A stretch of DNA of 64,000 nucleotides from a virus. The notes beneath the pieces are model-generated. The model was given only the letters and a program-made list of their open reading frames with translations. It was not told the DNA's origin and made no database searches. The stretch covers positions 4,872 through 68,871 of the IMG/VR virus record IMGVR_UViG_3300050821_004237. One strand, given 5' to 3'. This document shows, in pieces, positions 8,297 through 18,765 of this stretch. Positions within the stretch are counted from its first letter, which is position 1. Each line of letters starts with the position of its first letter. A program made the translations under genes and the position numbers.

Positions 8297-10111
8297 TCAC
8301 AGCGCGTTACCTGAAATCTCTAGTGCTTTAGCTACTACGTTGTCCGGTAAATTAAGCATAGGCTTAGTCGTCTTATCCGTCTCTTTCTTTGCAGCTTTCC
8401 AGCGCTTCATAAGCCTTTCGACTAGCGCTTCGTGATCCACCTTTCCGCCGCGCGCTCGCACGATATCGGCCCCTTCATTCTCAGCGTTTTGTGTAGCAGG
8501 AACTCCGGTAGATAGCGATTTTCGCGCAGTATCGGTAGCTCCCTTTAGTATCTTGCTGTTATTCCAACCTGTAACGGCTTTGCCTATTGTCGGATTCTCT
8601 ATCAATTGGCGCCCCACCCAAGGAGCGGCGGCGACACCCGCACCAACTTTCAACGCCTCTGTCGGATCACCATGTAGAATTTCATCCACTCCACCGGCCG
8701 CCGCACCAACACCAGCCATGCCAGCCAATCGTCGCGCTGTTCCAGAGTTAGGGTTGACAGGCGCTAAGGTGCTCTTTCCTGCCTTCGCCAATTCAACCAA
8801 TGATTGATCCCCTTGACCATAGAGAGACTGGTTGCGGTTCGCTTTCGTGTTGATCTGATTTAGTAATCTTCCTGGGCTGATATCTCCTGTGTCAGGATTG
8901 ATCGCTCCCTCGATCTGCTTCATGGCACGATAATGTTGGCGCGCGGTCGATAACGCTTGCTGATCTTCAGGTGAAGTCGAACGTTGAAAAGCGTCATCTA
9001 GAGATTCTTGAATATCTCCTACCACCGGCGCGTATCTAGGATCTTTCGACAGTGATCCGAGTTGAGAGCGCATCTTCTGATATACAGCACCTGGAATCTC
9101 GCCGTTATTGTCTGCGGCTGCCTGCACTATATTATTCAGATGTTGCTTTACGGGCGCCAGATCGTTTGGCGACAGTTGGCCGCTGGCATTTTTCTCGATA
9201 TCGGCTAAGTCACTTTCTAGTCCGTTGTCGTACTTGATCGGGTTGCGCGCGGCGACGTCGTTCATCGTATCGGTTATCGCAGTACGTCCAGCCTGCATGG
9301 TGTCAGGATCCGCTGCTGTAACTGACGGATCATTCACGCCCATCTTTTTAAGCACGGCGCGGTTAAATGACTTTCCCTGCTCTTCTGGAAATACGGAATG
9401 ACCTATGATGGGATTATCCGCCACGACATTTTTAATAGTCTGCGCAATGCGATTGCCGGTCGATTGCGCCAGATCTAGGGGAATGCCAGCTTGCTTAAGT
9501 ACGTCGACGGCGTGCTGTCCAGCGGTACTCAAAGCGTTTTTCAATGGCTGCGCGATAAATCCAATGCCTTTTCCGACCAGCGAACCAGCTGCGCCGCCAG
9601 CTGCGCCGAGTGCGGTATTCTCGCCGCGACTTTCACCAGTAGATGTTGGCTGCGCACCACTGAAAGCTCCAGCGCTCGCGGTATCCGCCAGCAAAGGCGC
9701 GGCCGCTAATTTTGCTGGCAGCAACTCGGGAAGCGCGGCAATCTGCGTAGCAGATCCAGCTATATCACCGACAGTGCCAGCGGTCGTATTCATGAGCGGC
9801 TTATCTAGATGCTTGGCTTCGTCGGCGTCCGCCTGAATCTGCTTCATCTTTTCGTCTGACACCATCCCGGCTGCGTGCCCAATCGAGGCCCCCAATTGAT
9901 ACATGCCGCGGCCCGTATCTACGAATGATTTGCCGACGCCGGAGACAAATTTATCGCTGGTGGACATGCCTTCGGTTGGATCTATTGGAGCAGCAGTTTT
10001 CGGCGTAGCCTGCGCGTCGAACTGATCGAACGGATTCGCGTCCCCAGGCGATGAAGCAGCGGTCGATGCTGGCGCTGAATCAAATTGATCAAATGGATTT
10101 GGCGTAGACAT
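8297..10111 (-). CDS. internal virion (DNA ejection) protein
   Basis: 604 aa; two NPFDQFD repeats; Gly/Ala-rich membrane-like segments; position after large internal protein. Confidence 0.7.
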   Translation of the reverse strand: MSTPNPFDQFDSAPASTAASSPGDANPFDQFDAQATPKTAAPIDPTEGMSTSDKFVSGVGKSFVDTGRGMYQLGASIGHAAGMVSDEKMKQIQADADEAKHLDKPLMNTTAGTVGDIAGSATQIAALPELLPAKLAAAPLLADTASAGAFSGAQPTSTGESRGENTALGAAGGAAGSLVGKGIGFIAQPLKNALSTAGQHAVDVLKQAGIPLDLAQSTGNRIAQTIKNVVADNPIIGHSVFPEEQGKSFNRAVLKKMGVNDPSVTAADPDTMQAGRTAITDTMNDVAARNPIKYDNGLESDLADIEKNASGQLSPNDLAPVKQHLNNIVQAAADNNGEIPGAVYQKMRSQLGSLSKDPRYAPVVGDIQESLDDAFQRSTSPEDQQALSTARQHYRAMKQIEGAINPDTGDISPGRLLNQINTKANRNQSLYGQGDQSLVELAKAGKSTLAPVNPNSGTARRLAGMAGVGAAAGGVDEILHGDPTEALKVGAGVAAAPWVGRQLIENPTIGKAVTGWNNSKILKGATDTARKSLSTGVPATQNAENEGADIVRARGGKVDHEALVERLMKRWKAAKKETDKTTKPMLNLPDNVVAKALEISGNAL

Positions 10112-13100
10112 TACGGCAGATATCCATATTTTTTCTTAAATAGCGGCGCGGCTTCCGGATGCGTCGCCAGATAAGCCTTTGCCGCTTGCGGCGTAGATAG
10201 TTCACCATTGACGTAATCAGCCCGATGGGCTTGATTCTCTATAGCGCCTGGAACTTTGATCGGATCGGCGCCGTTTCGGATTGCTTCAATGGCGGTGTTG
10301 GCAGCCTTCAAATCATAAGTGTTGCCAGCCTTGCCGAAGGATGCCAAATTCTTGATGACTTGCAATGGCTGATCGATATTCGGATTAGCGTGAGCCATGA
10401 GCAGCATCATTTCTTGCTGTCGTAGTTGTTGATCTGCCCCTAGCAGCTGTTTAGATCCGCCAACGCCCAACTGGGCAAGATATTTATCTGCCTCCGCTTG
10501 ATTCACCAGTCCGTCTGGCGGGAGGCCGCTCAAATATGTTTTTAGATTCGCAAGCGCTTTATAGGATGCCGAACTCGGGCCAAACTCGCGCGGGTTAGCA
10601 TTCGCGAGCGTCTTTTCAAGTTGAGAATAGATCGCCGTATTGCGAGCTGCCTGTGATACCTGATCGCGCAACGGTACGAGCGCCTGATTTTGAATCTCTC
10701 GATTGGCATCATTCGTCTTTTTCGCATTTTCGAGAGACACTTGATCTGTCGCAGCCGGGGGTGGTGGCAACTTAGGAATTGCACGCAAATCCACGCCGTT
10801 AAGAATTTCAGTCTGAGGTGCCTGCGTCGGAATAGATGTAGGCGCTACCGGTCGCTGCGGAGGATTTGTAGTTACTGGAGTATTTGCCGCTGGAACATTG
10901 GTTTTCGGTTGCTGAGCCTTGAAGACAGATGCTCTCGTCTGAGGTAATCCGGCCCCCAATGTAACCGGGTCGGTAGCCTGCATGGGAGTAAGTGTCTGCG
11001 CCATCGAACCTATCAATGGTTCTGATGTGCGAGAATTGACGCGAGCACCCGCTATGTCTATTGGTTTATCGCCAGTCCATTGGAATAGAGATCCGACCTT
11101 GGAAGTTGCATATTGACCAGCAGCAGCATTAGCTTTCGCTCGATCCTGATCTGTCCATTGATTTTCGCGTGCTGGATCTAATCCAACCGATTGCGCTATC
11201 TGAGCCGCATCCCCAGGACTGACCATTTTTGCATTCGTATATTCTTGATCTCCAGCTTTTGTAGAGGTCGCTACGTTATACCATTTGTCATACTGATCCT
11301 GAGCATCGTTCTGATTGGCAATTTGTAGAGATGCGATGCGTTGGTCATGTGAGAACTGCGGATTTTGACTAAATGCGGGATTCTTCGATATTCCTGAAAC
11401 CACATTCCCAGCTTCCTTAGCCTGTACTTCCTGCGGCGTGTAGTTCGACGGTATGAAGTAACGATTTCTGGTAGCCGCCGCAATGTCTACGGGGTTCATA
11501 CTGAATGGAGACGATTTAACTGGATTATTTCCCGGCGTGGACGGAGCGGCTGTAGCAGATGACAGCGCCTTTTGATACGCACTTAAATTCATCTGCGCCA
11601 TCTGATTCTGGATATTTTTACCTGCAACTTCGGCTTCAGTCTCGCGCGTTGAGGCCAACCCCTGCTGCGTCGGCACATACGCCCCAGCTCCAGCCCCCAA
11701 CCCCGCCGCGAGCGCCACGCCTAGATGCTTAGTCGGAGCCGTCCCCATAGCCGCCAAGCCCTCAAGCAGCGGTATCGCTTTGCCCTTATTTCGATCCCAC
11801 CATGAGGGGCCTGAGTCCATCTTCAGCGGCGCCGCGGCGACACCACTGGCGGCCGGCGCGTCCGAAGCCGTCGACGGACCAGCATCCGTGTCATCGACAT
11901 CCCCGCCATCGTCATAGCCGCGCCGTCCTGCGACCCCGCCACGCCTCAAAGCCTGATTGCTGAACATCCCGCTGATCGCCCCTTGCGCCCCTTGCTGGGT
12001 GCCCAAGGTCTCGAGCGTCTGCAACCCGGTCGGCTGCTTCACTAACGGCCCTGCGGTTTGCAGCTTAGGCGCACTCGATCCATCGTCCGGGATGTCCAAT
12101 TGCCCATCATCCGATGAGTACGGCATTCCGCCAGCATCGTACCCAGGGCGCCGGATCCGCCCACCGCGCTTAGCCGCGAGCAGTGCCACCGTGCCTACAT
12201 CCGCTGCGGCGTACTCTGCCGCAATAGCAGCAGCGGCCTCAGCCGCCGCCGTGCCACCGGCATCGGCTGCTGCTGCCCCGGCCGCGCCCGCAGCGGCGCT
12301 CCCAGCCGCATCAGCAGCGGCTCCTGAGCCAGCTCCGGCCGCAGCGCTCGTCGCCGCAGCGTCAGCCGCAGGCGCCGTCGAGGCAATCCCTGATATGGTC
12401 CCGGAATCGGCCGCAGGCGCGGTGGCCGTCATGGCGCCTTGCGAGAGGCCAGAGGTGTCGCCCAGGGTCGCTGTCGGCGCGCTCGGGCCAGACATCTTGC
12501 CGTAGATCTGCTGGCCCTTTTGGACCAGCCCTAAGCCAGTGTTGAGGTTCGAGCCGCCAGAGGGCGCCGGTTGAGGCGTCCCGGAGGCAACCGCCAACGT
12601 ATGCGTGCCGCCCTGATTGGGGATGTCTTCCTGCTTCTGGCCGCTACCTTGGCCGTACATCGCCCCGTGGGCGGCGGCTAGGTCATCGAAATCAACCCCG
12701 CCGCCATCATCAAAGCCACGCCGGCCGCCGCGTGCCGTAGGCGTAGGCGGTCCTTGCGTGTCATCCACATCATCCACTGCCACAGGCTGCGATGGCGCTA
12801 TACCGCCAGGGGTCGTGGTGGTCACGGTGCGCTGCACTGGCTTGTGAGAATCGTTGTAGATGCCTCTACCTTTCTCATACAGGCCGAACGTGCTCGAGAG
12901 ATTCTGCGCCCCCGTAGGCTGCGCCCTTAATCCTCCTTCCGCAGTGACTAAGTGCGGCACCGCCCCTTCAGGCGCTGGCACTCGGCTCGAGCCACCACGC
13001 GGCACGCTCCCGCCGACACCGCCGTAGACCCCACTAGCCCCGCCAGACATCGGCGCATACATGCCCTGCTGCGCCTGCAAGATCGCCGACAGATCGCCCG

Positions 13101-14328
13101 CATCGACAATCGATGGACCACCGCCCGCCTTAGCGACTCGGCGCATCGGCACGACGCCACCCTCATAGAAGTGCCCGCGGTTCGCAGCCTTTTCTGTCGC
13201 CGCGCCGTAGTCAACCATCTTATAGCCAGAGCCTGGATCGACACCGACCGCGCGCGGGCGCTTCTTCTCGACGTCCTGCGCCATCAAACCGATGTGCGTG
13301 CGATCGTCGCCGTGCATTTTGTAGGAATAAATCTTCTGCTTGTCGAAGGTCTCGCCGATTTTTTTGATGTCGTGTTTTAGGCGGCGGTCGGAGAAGAAGC
13401 CCCCGGGCTGGGTCGTGGTCGTATCCGATCCCTCTAACGCACCTGTCCCCTCGGAAATTGACGCGAGCCAACTTTGGACCTGAAATGGATAAGATTCTTG
13501 TTGAAGAAATTGATTATAAAGCGCTTGGTCTTGAGCTTGTTGTGTCTGCTGCTGAACAGTACCTGCCGCGATCTGCGCATTTGCGCCTTGCAATCTAGCA
13601 GTCTGCGCGCCGCTTGCCAACGCTCCCTGCTCACTGGCGGTGTTTGCTCCTTCGCCGTAAGCAGTTTGTCCAATCGATGCGAGTTCATTACCCGAAGACG
13701 CAAGTGCTGCACGATTCACCTGGCCAGCAGATAAGTTAACGCCCTGCTGTTGTTGAGCGGTTCCGAGTGCAGTGTTATACCCGGTGTTCAATATATTCGC
13801 GTTAGTCGCGTTCTCAGCGAGTTCATTTTGTTGATTCAGGTTCGCCGCAGCTATGCCGGTCCTGTCACTGCCGAATGCGCCACTGCTGATCGCGGTGCCG
13901 AGTGCGCCACTCTGCGCGATGCTATTATTTTGATTCGCAAGGGCGTCAGTAGTGTTTAGCACGTCGCCTATGTATGGCGACATGTAAGAATTTATTTGTT
14001 GGCCTGTTAGCGGATCTGCATTTACTTGTTCAGAACTGGCGGCCGCTAACCCAGTAGCCGCATTATTAATCCCTGTAGTTCCGGCTTGCGCTGTTCCTAA
14101 AGTATTTTGCGCAGCGGTGTAGCCTGGTTGAGCTTCGTTGGCTGCGGCATTCGTGCCAGCGATTCCTTGAGATTGCTCGGCATTAACAGGCGCGACGAAT
14201 TCTCCGCTATAAGTCTGGAATGGAGTTTGTGCAACTTGGTTAGATGAATTTACAACGCTCTGGTATTGCGCCAATACCGCCGGCGGTATGGACACATTTT
14301 GTTGGCTAGTTGCGGTCTTGCCCCCCAA
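10111..14328 (-). CDS. large internal virion/DNA pilot protein with internal peptidase S74 (ICA) domain
   Basis: 1405 aa; TTG start MGGK; Gln/Ala-rich N-terminus; SDRRLKHDIKKIG...GLMAQDVE...MVDY from residue 313. Confidence 0.75.
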   Translation of the reverse strand: MGGKTATSQQNVSIPPAVLAQYQSVVNSSNQVAQTPFQTYSGEFVAPVNAEQSQGIAGTNAAANEAQPGYTAAQNTLGTAQAGTTGINNAATGLAAASSEQVNADPLTGQQINSYMSPYIGDVLNTTDALANQNNSIAQSGALGTAISSGAFGSDRTGIAAANLNQQNELAENATNANILNTGYNTALGTAQQQQGVNLSAGQVNRAALASSGNELASIGQTAYGEGANTASEQGALASGAQTARLQGANAQIAAGTVQQQTQQAQDQALYNQFLQQESYPFQVQSWLASISEGTGALEGSDTTTTQPGGFFSDRRLKHDIKKIGETFDKQKIYSYKMHGDDRTHIGLMAQDVEKKRPRAVGVDPGSGYKMVDYGAATEKAANRGHFYEGGVVPMRRVAKAGGGPSIVDAGDLSAILQAQQGMYAPMSGGASGVYGGVGGSVPRGGSSRVPAPEGAVPHLVTAEGGLRAQPTGAQNLSSTFGLYEKGRGIYNDSHKPVQRTVTTTTPGGIAPSQPVAVDDVDDTQGPPTPTARGGRRGFDDGGGVDFDDLAAAHGAMYGQGSGQKQEDIPNQGGTHTLAVASGTPQPAPSGGSNLNTGLGLVQKGQQIYGKMSGPSAPTATLGDTSGLSQGAMTATAPAADSGTISGIASTAPAADAAATSAAAGAGSGAAADAAGSAAAGAAGAAAADAGGTAAAEAAAAIAAEYAAADVGTVALLAAKRGGRIRRPGYDAGGMPYSSDDGQLDIPDDGSSAPKLQTAGPLVKQPTGLQTLETLGTQQGAQGAISGMFSNQALRRGGVAGRRGYDDGGDVDDTDAGPSTASDAPAASGVAAAPLKMDSGPSWWDRNKGKAIPLLEGLAAMGTAPTKHLGVALAAGLGAGAGAYVPTQQGLASTRETEAEVAGKNIQNQMAQMNLSAYQKALSSATAAPSTPGNNPVKSSPFSMNPVDIAAATRNRYFIPSNYTPQEVQAKEAGNVVSGISKNPAFSQNPQFSHDQRIASLQIANQNDAQDQYDKWYNVATSTKAGDQEYTNAKMVSPGDAAQIAQSVGLDPARENQWTDQDRAKANAAAGQYATSKVGSLFQWTGDKPIDIAGARVNSRTSEPLIGSMAQTLTPMQATDPVTLGAGLPQTRASVFKAQQPKTNVPAANTPVTTNPPQRPVAPTSIPTQAPQTEILNGVDLRAIPKLPPPPAATDQVSLENAKKTNDANREIQNQALVPLRDQVSQAARNTAIYSQLEKTLANANPREFGPSSASYKALANLKTYLSGLPPDGLVNQAEADKYLAQLGVGGSKQLLGADQQLRQQEMMLLMAHANPNIDQPLQVIKNLASFGKAGNTYDLKAANTAIEAIRNGADPIKVPGAIENQAHRADYVNGELSTPQAAKAYLATHPEAAPLFKKKYGYLP

Positions 14329-14333
14329 ATTCG

Positions 14334-15065
14334 CTATTCCTTATTTTCCAATTGGAGTGCTATCTGATCTTCCGCTTCTTTTTCTCGCTTGCGAGCGAAA
14401 TACGCCTTTAATCCTTTGCTGACATTTCTTTTATGCTCCTCTGATTTTGGTCCGCGCATATTGGCGACATGCTCAGGAGAATGCGGCCTGCCTTTTTGCT
14501 TCGCAATTATTTTCGCAATTGTCTCAGGCTTTTGCGGGTGTCCAATGCCTTTTTTGGCTGCAGAAATCCGTGCACGCGTCTCAGGACTTCGCTTTGTACC
14601 CCTATGAATTGCGGCTAATGCCTCGACAACGTGTCTCGGCTTTTTCTTTCCCTTTCCACGCTGATTACCCATTGCCGCGCGAGAAAGCTTCTGGCGAGTT
14701 TCTTCAGAAATTGGAGGGCGTGCGCGTAGTATTTCACTGATTTGCTTTCTGCGTTCTTCCGTAAACTTTATGCCAGAAGAACCTTCGCCGCCGCTGGTGT
14801 AGTTGCAAAGATCCGCGCCGTCGTTTTTCCAAAATGCAATGCGCTCAATTTCCCTTGAAAAGGCATCTTTCTCGGATAGATTGTCGGCAATTATTCTGAC
14901 TTCGACTATCAATCCAAGGCCACTCAGCTTCTGTTGAACGCGCTTGTGATATTTATTACGCACGCGCATATCGTGCGCACGCATTCCATTGCCTTTTCCG
15001 ACGTAGAAGCATTCGCCGCGGTCTGGCCGCCAGTGCTCGTAAACATAAAATTTCTGATCACTCAT
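14334..15065 (-). CDS. GIY-YIG-type homing endonuclease with NUMOD3-like repeats
   Basis: FYVYEH...FYVGKG...R, E..RI, N.T.GGEG; repeated SEETRQKLS/SPETRARIS/SEEHKRNVS. Confidence 0.85.
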   Translation of the reverse strand: MSDQKFYVYEHWRPDRGECFYVGKGNGMRAHDMRVRNKYHKRVQQKLSGLGLIVEVRIIADNLSEKDAFSREIERIAFWKNDGADLCNYTSGGEGSSGIKFTEERRKQISEILRARPPISEETRQKLSRAAMGNQRGKGKKKPRHVVEALAAIHRGTKRSPETRARISAAKKGIGHPQKPETIAKIIAKQKGRPHSPEHVANMRGPKSEEHKRNVSKGLKAYFARKREKEAEDQIALQLENKE

Positions 15066-15551
15066 TTAGCTAACTACGTGGCCGCCGGTTTTCGTTTTAT
15101 ATAAAAAATAAGCCCCGGCAGGAGGGCCAAATATCCGCTCATACATTTTCACCTTGCCAGCGGTTCTATGAGAGCTACATACACCTATAAGTAGCGGTAA
15201 ATCAAGGGTATCCGCCACTTTCTTGCTAAATTCACACAATCTACGAGCGCGGCCTCCCTTAGCTGATCTAAAATCAGGATGGCAAAATACAACTTTTTCC
15301 TCGACGCATGGTTGCGTTGAATAAAATAGCGTACCTATTTGAAGAAGCACAAACGCCTCCAGTGGAGAGTTTTTTGCGCCTATTACCCCGCATAATCCGT
15401 GATCATTATTCAAGGCTGGCCATAAGGCTTCCGCAAGCAGTATTTGGCTGGCGTTGAGAAATCCATTTTCCTCCGCCGCCATAACCGCCAACCGCATCAC
15501 CTCCGTCATATCATCGGTGGTGGCGAGGCGGATTTGGAGGTTCTCTTCCAC
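15066..15551 (-). CDS. GNAT-fold acyltransferase (virion-module associated)
   Basis: IRLATTDD start; VFCHPDFRSAKGG acyl-CoA-binding-like motif; KMYER. Confidence 0.75.
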   Translation of the reverse strand: MEENLQIRLATTDDMTEVMRLAVMAAEENGFLNASQILLAEALWPALNNDHGLCGVIGAKNSPLEAFVLLQIGTLFYSTQPCVEEKVVFCHPDFRSAKGGRARRLCEFSKKVADTLDLPLLIGVCSSHRTAGKVKMYERIFGPPAGAYFLYKTKTGGHVVS

Positions 15552-15557
15552 TGGCGG

Positions 15558-16262
15558 TCAGTCCTTCTGCGGGCCGGGCAGGCCCTTCAACGTGTGAATC
15601 AATTCCGCGCGAATTCGTTTAACGAAAGAATCGAGCACCTTGTGCCCGGTGTCGAGATCCCCACCGCCGACGCTCCGCACGCCATCAGGATGCACAACGT
15701 ACTCGCCGCCGGCCGCGACGATCGGCACGCCGCTGGCGGCTCCGCCCTTCGCCATGCCGTAAGGGCCTTTGCCTTGGCCGTACGGAGTCGCGCCTGAGCC
15801 GCCATAGGGATTGCCGCCGAAGACGCGCTTAGCGTGCTTGAAGCCCGCGATGGTGTTCCCCTCCCCACCTGCGGAAATCACGTCCGCAGGAATAACGTAC
15901 GACCCTGACGGGACGTGCATCGGTAAGTGGTCGGTGCGCCCAGCGACGGAACTGTGGATCGGCCCCACATGCATCTTCGTCGGCGGTTTATGCGTGTGAA
16001 CTTTGACGTGTCCGCCTTCAGCTTTTCCCTGTCGGATTTCCTCACCCAGTCCTTTATGCCCCTTTGGCGCCGGATATTCGATGTGCTCTTTTAAGACCGA
16101 TTTAGCTATATGGTGCGCCTCGGATGCTGTGACGCCGCCTCGAGCGTGGTGCTTACGTGCGACGTTGAGCGCTGCGGCGATGGCTTGATCGCGCGGATGG
16201 CCTAATGATTCCATTTCCGAAATGTTATGGCCGATCTCTTTTTTACCTTTCAGCAATGGCAT
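15558..16262 (-). CDS. putative internal virion protein
   Basis: TAATG coupling at 16262; QAIAAAL motif; GRTDHLPMHVPSGSYVIPADV domain; xxxGG motifs. Confidence 0.65.
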   Translation of the reverse strand: MPLLKGKKEIGHNISEMESLGHPRDQAIAAALNVARKHHARGGVTASEAHHIAKSVLKEHIEYPAPKGHKGLGEEIRQGKAEGGHVKVHTHKPPTKMHVGPIHSSVAGRTDHLPMHVPSGSYVIPADVISAGGEGNTIAGFKHAKRVFGGNPYGGSGATPYGQGKGPYGMAKGGAASGVPIVAAGGEYVVHPDGVRSVGGGDLDTGHKVLDSFVKRIRAELIHTLKGLPGPQKD

Positions 16263-16633
16263 TACGAGTAACTCACGCTGACCGTCTGGCCAGAACCTGG
16301 CACTACCAATATACCAAAACTGCAAGGAAAATTAACCACATACGGTTCAGTGCCAACCGTGTCCGGGATTATATAGATCGGTTTAGTGGTCGCCGTGAGT
16401 GTCGCGCCATCGTAAATCGTGCCCACCGCGCCTCCAACTATGACGCTCACCGAGCACACTCGCCCGGCTACTGCCTTGACGACCGTTGGCGCCGTGATGG
16501 CGGCGGCGTTAATGACGCCTTGCACATTCAGATAGTTCTGCGCCGCGGTGGCGAGTGCGGTAACGATATTCTTTATCGCGGAAAGGACATCTGAGGTCGA
16601 CGCGGTCTGGGCGGTAGGATTAGGGCCTGCCAT
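16262..16633 (-). CDS. virion structural protein
   Basis: 123 aa beta-rich; coupled in the tail operon. Confidence 0.6.
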   Translation of the reverse strand: MAGPNPTAQTASTSDVLSAIKNIVTALATAAQNYLNVQGVINAAAITAPTVVKAVAGRVCSVSVIVGGAVGTIYDGATLTATTKPIYIIPDTVGTEPYVVNFPCSFGILVVPGSGQTVSVSYS

Positions 16634-18762
16634 CAGATTTTACCGTCTTGACTGAAGCGATACCTAATGAGACCGATTCTCCAGAAACTTCCTAAATCAT
16701 TACTCGCGATCAGCACCGAGACTAATCGACCGCGCAAGCGCGTGTAGAAAAAAGGCGTTATCTGAGTGACCGCGTAAGGCCCGAAAACTTTCGGCGTATC
16801 TGATGGGTAATCCTTGACGAAAAACGAAATATTAATCGTCGATGTTTTAGGCTGCGAGACCTGGCCATATTTAAAATCCGGCCACACCCAGTCGATGAAG
16901 GTTTTGAAATCCCCTTCCGCCATCGCGAAGTATCCAGTCTGAAACGATGAGGCCATCGCCGTGCCATCCGCATCGTTCGAAGTCTCATGCTGCTGCAGCA
17001 GATCGGTCAATGGATCGGCGCCGATGGGTGGGCCTAATACCGACTGATCTACCCACGCCGAGCGCCCCAGCGTACCGTAATCCCATTCGTTCAAGTACAC
17101 GTTGTACTTAACGTAAGAATCGACTTCGCCGCTGCCCCCGGTGATAGACGGATAAAACCAGCCAATCTCGCCAAAGCGTGAGTTCACTGCGACACGAATC
17201 TTCTGCGCGTGAGATACCCCACTGATGGGGTCAATGGAGGTGTCAATGTTTTGAAATACGATATCCCACACCGAGCACAGCAACGGCTGTACGCCGTTTC
17301 CAGAGAGCGTATAGAACTGCGCGAAACTCATCCAATAGTAGATGCCGTTGAAGGACGCTGCGGCCTTTCGCCCGATAAGCCCGCACCCGGTGCCAATCTC
17401 ATTGAAGCTGTATACAAACGGCTGACCGATGTACTGCATCGACCAGACATCAATATCGGTCCAAATTATGCCCTGTTGCGGGCCTTGCACGCCTGCGACT
17501 ATCTTCGATCCCTTTGGAATGCGAAACGATCCTGCTTGGTTAGTCACCAGCGCTATCCACTGATTTAAATTCCCGATATCGCACCAGTTAATCAGCAACG
17601 GGTCAGGAATCCCGGTCTGCGTCGATCCCCAAGCGATGATCTGTCGCTGCGGCATCGCGACGAATATCCCGTCATTCACCGGTGGCGCATTGGTGATTAT
17701 AGTCGCGCTCGAGGCGCCTTCATCCCACTGATATATGGGTTGAAACGGCGTCGTTTCGAACGGCTGATCCCGATCTGGGCACGCGATTAAAATCTCGCCG
17801 AAATTATCCAGCGTCCAGTCGATTGCATCTATCGCCGTTCCGGTTGATGGGATAACTGGCGTGCCTGTGCCGTAGCCGCCTAGGCCGTAACCACCGATGC
17901 CGTAGCCTGAGCCTCCAGGGAGTGCGCCTTGGCCGAAACTGTAGATGTATTCGGCCAAGCCGTTATTCATCGTTCCAGAAGCGGTCGACGTAGCTTGAGT
18001 ATTTGATTGGATCGTAAAGTTATTCACATCGATCAGCGATTGCACGACGTAGTTACCGAAAAATGTAATACCGCCTACCGTTGTGGCAACAAGCACTGGA
18101 AACGTCTCGCCGATCGCATAAGTGTAATTAGGCAAATTAACGGTAACCGTGATCGACATATTCACAGTATTAAATGTCGGCAGCACTGCGGTAGTTGAGT
18201 TCGATGTCGCGGGCAACAAGTTTCCCAACTTATCGCGCGCAAATACCGTATACGCATCGGCCGCTAAGAAGCCGTCAGGATCGCAGGCGTAGAGACCAAA
18301 TAGAATAACGCCACCAATGGATATCTGCGTCGCGATATACACAGTATTGAAATGCGTGACTCCTGGCACTGTGGCGTCAGTAATTTCAATGCTGGGATTT
18401 CCAGCAAAGGACTGCGCCAATGGAGCTACATTATCTGTAAGCGCGGTCGGCGTGATGTTGTCTATAGAACCATTAGTGATAACCGAAAGCTGCGCAGAAT
18501 CTGTGCCGGTGATTGTTTGCGTGCCGACGGCTAGGTGAGCGTTTAGGTTAAGGTCTTCCCATGCCCACAGCGCTCGCACTATGGCCGGTTGCGCAAGTGC
18601 GTTGAAGCGACTCCAGCCGCCTAACTTTTCGACTAATACGACGCCGTTTGGATCGTATTTGTAGCGTATTAAATTCGACTGCGAGACGCCTGAGTTCTCG
18701 TTAAGAGTTGGCGTCTCTTCAGTGTTTACGCCCGAAATAAGCTTGAGGGCAGCGTGTGGCAT
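16633..18762 (-). CDS. tail nozzle / DNA-stabilisation protein (P22 gp10-like position)
   Basis: 709 aa beta-propeller-like; DPLLINWCD, AGSFRI, RLRGR, WRIG..R motifs; follows adaptor. Confidence 0.75.
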   Translation of the reverse strand: MPHAALKLISGVNTEETPTLNENSGVSQSNLIRYKYDPNGVVLVEKLGGWSRFNALAQPAIVRALWAWEDLNLNAHLAVGTQTITGTDSAQLSVITNGSIDNITPTALTDNVAPLAQSFAGNPSIEITDATVPGVTHFNTVYIATQISIGGVILFGLYACDPDGFLAADAYTVFARDKLGNLLPATSNSTTAVLPTFNTVNMSITVTVNLPNYTYAIGETFPVLVATTVGGITFFGNYVVQSLIDVNNFTIQSNTQATSTASGTMNNGLAEYIYSFGQGALPGGSGYGIGGYGLGGYGTGTPVIPSTGTAIDAIDWTLDNFGEILIACPDRDQPFETTPFQPIYQWDEGASSATIITNAPPVNDGIFVAMPQRQIIAWGSTQTGIPDPLLINWCDIGNLNQWIALVTNQAGSFRIPKGSKIVAGVQGPQQGIIWTDIDVWSMQYIGQPFVYSFNEIGTGCGLIGRKAAASFNGIYYWMSFAQFYTLSGNGVQPLLCSVWDIVFQNIDTSIDPISGVSHAQKIRVAVNSRFGEIGWFYPSITGGSGEVDSYVKYNVYLNEWDYGTLGRSAWVDQSVLGPPIGADPLTDLLQQHETSNDADGTAMASSFQTGYFAMAEGDFKTFIDWVWPDFKYGQVSQPKTSTINISFFVKDYPSDTPKVFGPYAVTQITPFFYTRLRGRLVSVLIASNDLGSFWRIGLIRYRFSQDGKI

Positions 18763-18765
18763 GCA

